This document shows positions 26,755-30,438 of a stretch of DNA of 30,438 nt, piece by piece. The DNA lies in the IMG/VR virus record IMGVR_UViG_3300031939_000019, positions 1 through 30,438 of that record; one strand, given 5' to 3'. Under the pieces are notes generated by a model. The model was not told the origin of the DNA, did not search any database, and was given only the letters and a program-made list of their open reading frames with translations. A program made the position numbers and the translations under genes. The stretch comes from a virus (lineage: Duplodnaviria; Caudoviricetes). Position 1 is the first letter of the stretch. Each line of letters opens with the position of its first letter.

Positions 26755-27363
26755 ATGGCCGAACTGAATCGCCTGCAAGAGATCAAGATCGCCCTTTACA
26801 ATGCCCATGCCTTCTATGACGAGCGCCTCAGGGCTGAGAAGCTCGAGATGATGGCTGAATTGCTTGAGGACTTTGACCCTGAAGCCATTCGGCAAGCCAT
26901 CAGGGCCTGGATGCTGGCGCCACCAGAGAAGGGCCATAAGCCCAGGCCCCCCATGCCCAATGAGCTGATTGCTCTGATGCAGCCCCAATTGACTCCAGAG
27001 CAAGAGGGCAGTGACATCGCGGGGCAGATCTGTGGGGCTATCAGCAAGTATGGCTGGAATAATGCCAAGGCGGCCAAAGCCGCGCTGCCAGAGATTGCCT
27101 GGCAGATCCTCAGTGACAATTATGGCGGCTGGCCACGCTTTTGTGAGATGAGCCATGAGCGTGACATGGTGAACATCAGAGCTCAGCTCAGGGACCAGAT
27201 CGCGGCCTCCATCAAAAGACGCGGCCTCAGTGAGCAGGCGGGCTATCGCGCCCTGCCCAAGCCTCCTGCCTTCAAAAGTGTCCAGGCAGCCCAACAGCCC
27301 AGAGGCTCATCCGGCTGGGAGAACACAGGCACCATTTTACAGGGGCTTTTGCCGCAAGTCTGA
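26755..27363 (+). CDS. Helicase loader/inhibitor-like protein (G39P/DUF6475-like)
   Basis: Follows the initiator. L.D......AI......P.P.E(L/I), AI.KYG, GGW...C and RAQ.R motifs. GAGGA RBS. Confidence 0.65.
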   Translation: MAELNRLQEIKIALYNAHAFYDERLRAEKLEMMAELLEDFDPEAIRQAIRAWMLAPPEKGHKPRPPMPNELIALMQPQLTPEQEGSDIAGQICGAISKYGWNNAKAAKAALPEIAWQILSDNYGGWPRFCEMSHERDMVNIRAQLRDQIAASIKRRGLSEQAGYRALPKPPAFKSVQAAQQPRGSSGWENTGTILQGLLPQV

Positions 27364-27822
27364 TTGGAGCCATGGGCCTGCTTGGCTTACAGTGTCGGCA
27401 TGTTCTCTTGCCTGTGCTGGCCTCAAAGAAGACCCAAGCCCCTGCAGATCTCACGGCCTCTGCCCAGTGATGCGCGCCCAGTGAGCGTCATCCCCCAAGC
27501 CCCCCGCACCCCTCCCCCAGAGCCTGTCTCCATCCTGCAAAAGCCAGAGCCGCAAGACGTTCTGGATCCCCCCACAGGCCGTGACAGCCTTCTTGTCTGG
27601 CTCAATGCTGAGATCAAAAAGCGTGAGATCTCCCCTGCTCCCTCGAGGCCAGGCAGCCCCACCCCAGAGGCCATGAGCAGCCAGCCTTTGGGGGACTTGG
27701 GACCCTTTGTCCCTGCCACGCCCTCCCCTGAGGGCAGCATTGCCCACTGTGGCTCTGATGCCGCGGCTGGTGGCAGTGACAAGTCATCTGATTCTTCCCA
27801 TTACTCCACCCTTTATGGCTGA
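27364..27822 (+). CDS. Hypothetical Pro-rich protein with hydrophobic N-terminus
   Basis: Fills the gap before the endolysin. The TTG start is uncertain. Confidence 0.45.
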   Translation: MEPWACLAYSVGMFSCLCWPQRRPKPLQISRPLPSDARPVSVIPQAPRTPPPEPVSILQKPEPQDVLDPPTGRDSLLVWLNAEIKKREISPAPSRPGSPTPEAMSSQPLGDLGPFVPATPSPEGSIAHCGSDAAAGGSDKSSDSSHYSTLYG

Positions 27823-27830
27823 GGCTTTCG

Positions 27831-28346
27831 ATGGCTAATTTCGATGTAGCGCTTGCGTACGTGCTGGAGCAGGAGGGGGGCTTCGTCAATAATCCTGCAG
27901 ATAAGGGCTTGGCCACCAATTACGGCATCTCTAGCCCCACGCTCAGCAAGTGGCTTGGCCGGGCTGTGACCGTTGATGACGTCAAAAACATCTCCATGCA
28001 GACAGTCAAAGCCATCTACCGCAAAAACTATTGGGACGTGATTAAGGGAGATGCCTTGACGCAACAGAGCTCGGCCACCTTCCTGATGGACATGGCTGTG
28101 TTGATGGGGCCAAGCAGCGCGGCCAGGCTGGCGCAAACAAGCCTTAATCTGAAGGCCGATGGCCTCATCGGTCCTGTGAGCATCGCCAAGCTCAACATCA
28201 CAGCTCCGTCTGTGTTTGCCCTGGTCTTCAGTAAGCTGTGCGTCAAAGCCTTTGTGTCCATTGTGGTAGCCAATCCAAGCCAATTGGTCTTTTTGCCCAA
28301 TTGGGTGGGACGGGCCCATGAGATGACGGACATCGGCATAGCCTGA
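27831..28346 (+). CDS. Endolysin, glycoside hydrolase family 108
   Basis: L..EGGFVN.P.D.G..TNYGI, IY...YW, D.AV..G and DG.IGP motifs. GAGG RBS. Confidence 0.9.
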   Translation: MANFDVALAYVLEQEGGFVNNPADKGLATNYGISSPTLSKWLGRAVTVDDVKNISMQTVKAIYRKNYWDVIKGDALTQQSSATFLMDMAVLMGPSSAARLAQTSLNLKADGLIGPVSIAKLNITAPSVFALVFSKLCVKAFVSIVVANPSQLVFLPNWVGRAHEMTDIGIA

Positions 28347-28347
28347 T

Positions 28348-28401
28348 TGCGTCAATACAGCTCTGAGACGCTTCAAAAAGCTGATTTGGCCCATTGACGC
28401 A
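28348..28401. repeat. Intergenic inverted repeat
   Basis: TGCGTCAAT (28348-28356) and ATTGACGCA (28393-28401), with an inner CAGCT/AGCTG pair. Confidence 0.45.
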
Positions 28402-28450
28402 CGCGCACAGTTAGCATAGATCCCACGCTTCCCCATAAGGAGCGTGATAC

Positions 28451-29380
28451 ATGGACCATCCTGCTAAGCAGCCCCCAGAGGCTACCCCTCCCCTTGATGA
28501 TGAGAAGCTTTTTTTGAGCGCCGAAGAGGCCCTGCACCATGGCACGCGCCACATCCTGGTGATGGGCGCTAAGGGCACAGGCAAAACAACCTTCAGCGTA
28601 AGCGCTTCCAAGTTTGCCGATGACACCATCGGTGGCCCCAGGCGCATGTGCTCTGATGTTTTGCTGGTGCAAGGGGACAATGAGGGGCACCTGGGCGCGA
28701 TGGATGCAGGGCTGGTGCCAGGGATGGTCCTCAACATGGGCAAATGCAAGAGCTGGGATGGCAGCATCAAGACACCTGAGGGCCTGGTCAAGGATCCTCA
28801 GTCTTACATCAGCCGCTGGTCACGCGCCTATAAGCGCTTGGGCAAGGTTTTGAGTGATGGCACCATCAAAATCATCATTGTGGATCTGAATTGGCCAGCC
28901 AAGCTCATCGAGAAGGGCATCACGGTAAGCCTGGAGGACCGAAATTATTGGAAGCTGGTCTCCTTGCAGGGCCAGAGGCTCTATGATGCCTTCAATCGCT
29001 TTGATGGTGTGACCGTGATTGGCAATGCCCAGATGAAGGTCCATGCCATCTGGGGAGAGGACACGCGCAAAGGGCCCTCTGAAAATTCCATCAACGTGGC
29101 CAACGTTCGATCAGTGGGTGGGGAGCGCTCGAGCCACACCATTGATTTGGCCAAAGGTGTCGCCTCGGTGTGGCAGGACAATGCCTCTTTCATCTTCACG
29201 CGCAAAAGCATGAGGGGCAAAGAGATCAATGGCGAGGTGCCACGCATCTATAAGACCGTCACCCAATCCACATCCCAGTATGAGGCCAAGAGCCGCGCCC
29301 AGTCTGTGCTCAAGACCATCGAGCCTGGGGAGCTGAGCCTCAGAAGCCTGCTCAAGCGCGTCTATGGGGAGGACGTCTGA
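28451..29380 (+). CDS. P-loop ATPase (AAA_24/Sak4-like)
   Basis: Walker A GAKGTGKT, Walker B-like IIIVD, C-terminal YEAKSR motif, AAGGAG RBS. Confidence 0.75.
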   Translation: MDHPAKQPPEATPPLDDEKLFLSAEEALHHGTRHILVMGAKGTGKTTFSVSASKFADDTIGGPRRMCSDVLLVQGDNEGHLGAMDAGLVPGMVLNMGKCKSWDGSIKTPEGLVKDPQSYISRWSRAYKRLGKVLSDGTIKIIIVDLNWPAKLIEKGITVSLEDRNYWKLVSLQGQRLYDAFNRFDGVTVIGNAQMKVHAIWGEDTRKGPSENSINVANVRSVGGERSSHTIDLAKGVASVWQDNASFIFTRKSMRGKEINGEVPRIYKTVTQSTSQYEAKSRAQSVLKTIEPGELSLRSLLKRVYGEDV

Positions 29381-29589
29381 TGGCTTTTGCAGACACCGAT
29401 GAGCAGCGCGCCCAGAGGCTGCAAGACATTCAAACAAAGCTGCAGGGCCTCAGGCTGAAGATTGAGCAGTGTCCAGAGGACAAGGCAGATCTGTATGTAC
29501 TGTTAGGCAAAGCCCTCAAGGAGGGGATGCTGGCTGGCCTCAGCAAGCATCAGCTCTTCCCTGAGGTGTACCCTGAGGAGGATCTGTGA
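29380..29589 (+). CDS. Hypothetical protein (69 aa)
   Basis: TGATG coupling; helical. Confidence 0.6.
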   Translation: MAFADTDEQRAQRLQDIQTKLQGLRLKIEQCPEDKADLYVLLGKALKEGMLAGLSKHQLFPEVYPEEDL

Positions 29590-29873
29590 CGTACACCCAA
29601 GTCATTCTGTTGGCCCTGGCCATTGGTGCGACCAACATCATCTGCTTGCACCTGTCTTATCTATTGAGCAGGCAGCGTGCTGAGCTGGCCCGGCAACAGG
29701 AGCAGCTCAGCCACTGGATAGCGTCGATGGACCAGCGCCTGGACCGGCTGGAGAAGGGCCAGCGCAGGGCCAAAGCCCATGAGGCCACCGATGATGAGAT
29801 GAATCTGCACCTGCACCTTCGCCTTGCCAAGCTCGAGCGCCAGATGCTGGGGGAGCAAGCCCTAGCAGACTAA
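29586..29873 (+). CDS. Membrane-anchored coiled-coil protein
   Basis: GTGA overlap and GAGGAGG RBS. An N-terminal TM segment is followed by a coiled coil. Confidence 0.6.
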   Translation: MTYTQVILLALAIGATNIICLHLSYLLSRQRAELARQQEQLSHWIASMDQRLDRLEKGQRRAKAHEATDDEMNLHLHLRLAKLERQMLGEQALAD

Positions 29874-29901
29874 GCAACAAGAAGCATCTTAAGGAGACAC
29901 A

Positions 29902-30438
29902 ATGAAGCGCTGGGATCAAACTACGTTGGCCGTCAATGTCGGCCAGCAAATCGACGCACACTATAAGGCCCTGCACAGTCTGGTAGCCCCCTATCTCAAA
30001 AAACCTAAGAAGGGGGAGGAGCAGACGGCCATCGAGAAGCTGCTCACGGAGGTCTTCAATCGCGCCAGTAGTATGCAGCATTATGCAGATGTTGTGGTGG
30101 GAGCAGCCAGCAACCGCTATCCCTTGCATGGGCTTGAAGCCTGGATGTTTGAGAATGAGTCTGCTTCGATCCGCCACCCTTTTGAGGAGGGCACGCGCCG
30201 TGAATGGCTGGCCGCTGCCGCCATCATGCAATTTTGCTCAGAGATTGCCAAAGGGACTCGAGCCATCAGGGCCAACCTTTACGATCTTGAGAGCACCCAT
30301 GACCCTGATGTTGGCATGACGGCAGCTGCTATTGGGCAGTGGAATTATATGATCGAGGAGGTTGCCCTGGCCTTCTTGCAGGTGAGGGCCTTTCTTTCAG
30401 GAGGCCCTCTGGAAGATGTGGACTGGCGAGCTCTGGGG
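29902..30438 (+). CDS. Hypothetical protein, 3'-truncated, not in the ORF track
   Basis: AAGGAG RBS. MKRWDQTTLAVNVGQQIDAHY… stays open to the window end. Confidence 0.7.
   Translation, partial: MKRWDQTTLAVNVGQQIDAHYKALHSLVAPYLKKPKKGEEQTAIEKLLTEVFNRASSMQHYADVVVGAASNRYPLHGLEAWMFENESASIRHPFEEGTRREWLAAAAIMQFCSEIAKGTRAIRANLYDLESTHDPDVGMTAAAIGQWNYMIEEVALAFLQVRAFLSGGPLEDVDWRALG

Noticed and set aside
1-30438. tRNA, rRNA, CRISPR array, att site or alternative genetic code
   Set aside because: None recognised. Genes tile densely under the standard code with all three stop codons in use.

Overview
This window is about 30.4 kb of a GC-rich tailed dsDNA phage or prophage with a contractile (myovirus-type) tail. 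From left to right it holds: (1) a cluster of fibre/decoration-like genes (1-5661); (2) the major capsid protein and neck genes (5803-9199); (3) sheath, an antisense GIY-YIG homing endonuclease, tube, a tail assembly chaperone with a -1 frameshift site, tape measure, a full baseplate and a tail fibre (9227-22779); (4) a leftward block with a RecU-like nuclease, a phage Dam methylase, a second methylase with its core deleted and a tandem-HTH protein (23269-25762); (5) a rightward block with a replication initiator, a helicase-loader-like gene, a GH108 endolysin and an AAA ATPase (25848-end). I recognised no terminase, portal, protease, integrase, RNA gene, CRISPR array or reverse transcriptase. 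The most striking candidate is 15915-16700, a lipoprotein-like gene translationally coupled between the baseplate hub and spike. Its motif pattern resembles bacterial gasdermins. All family assignments are by-eye recognition of motifs and gene order, not database results.
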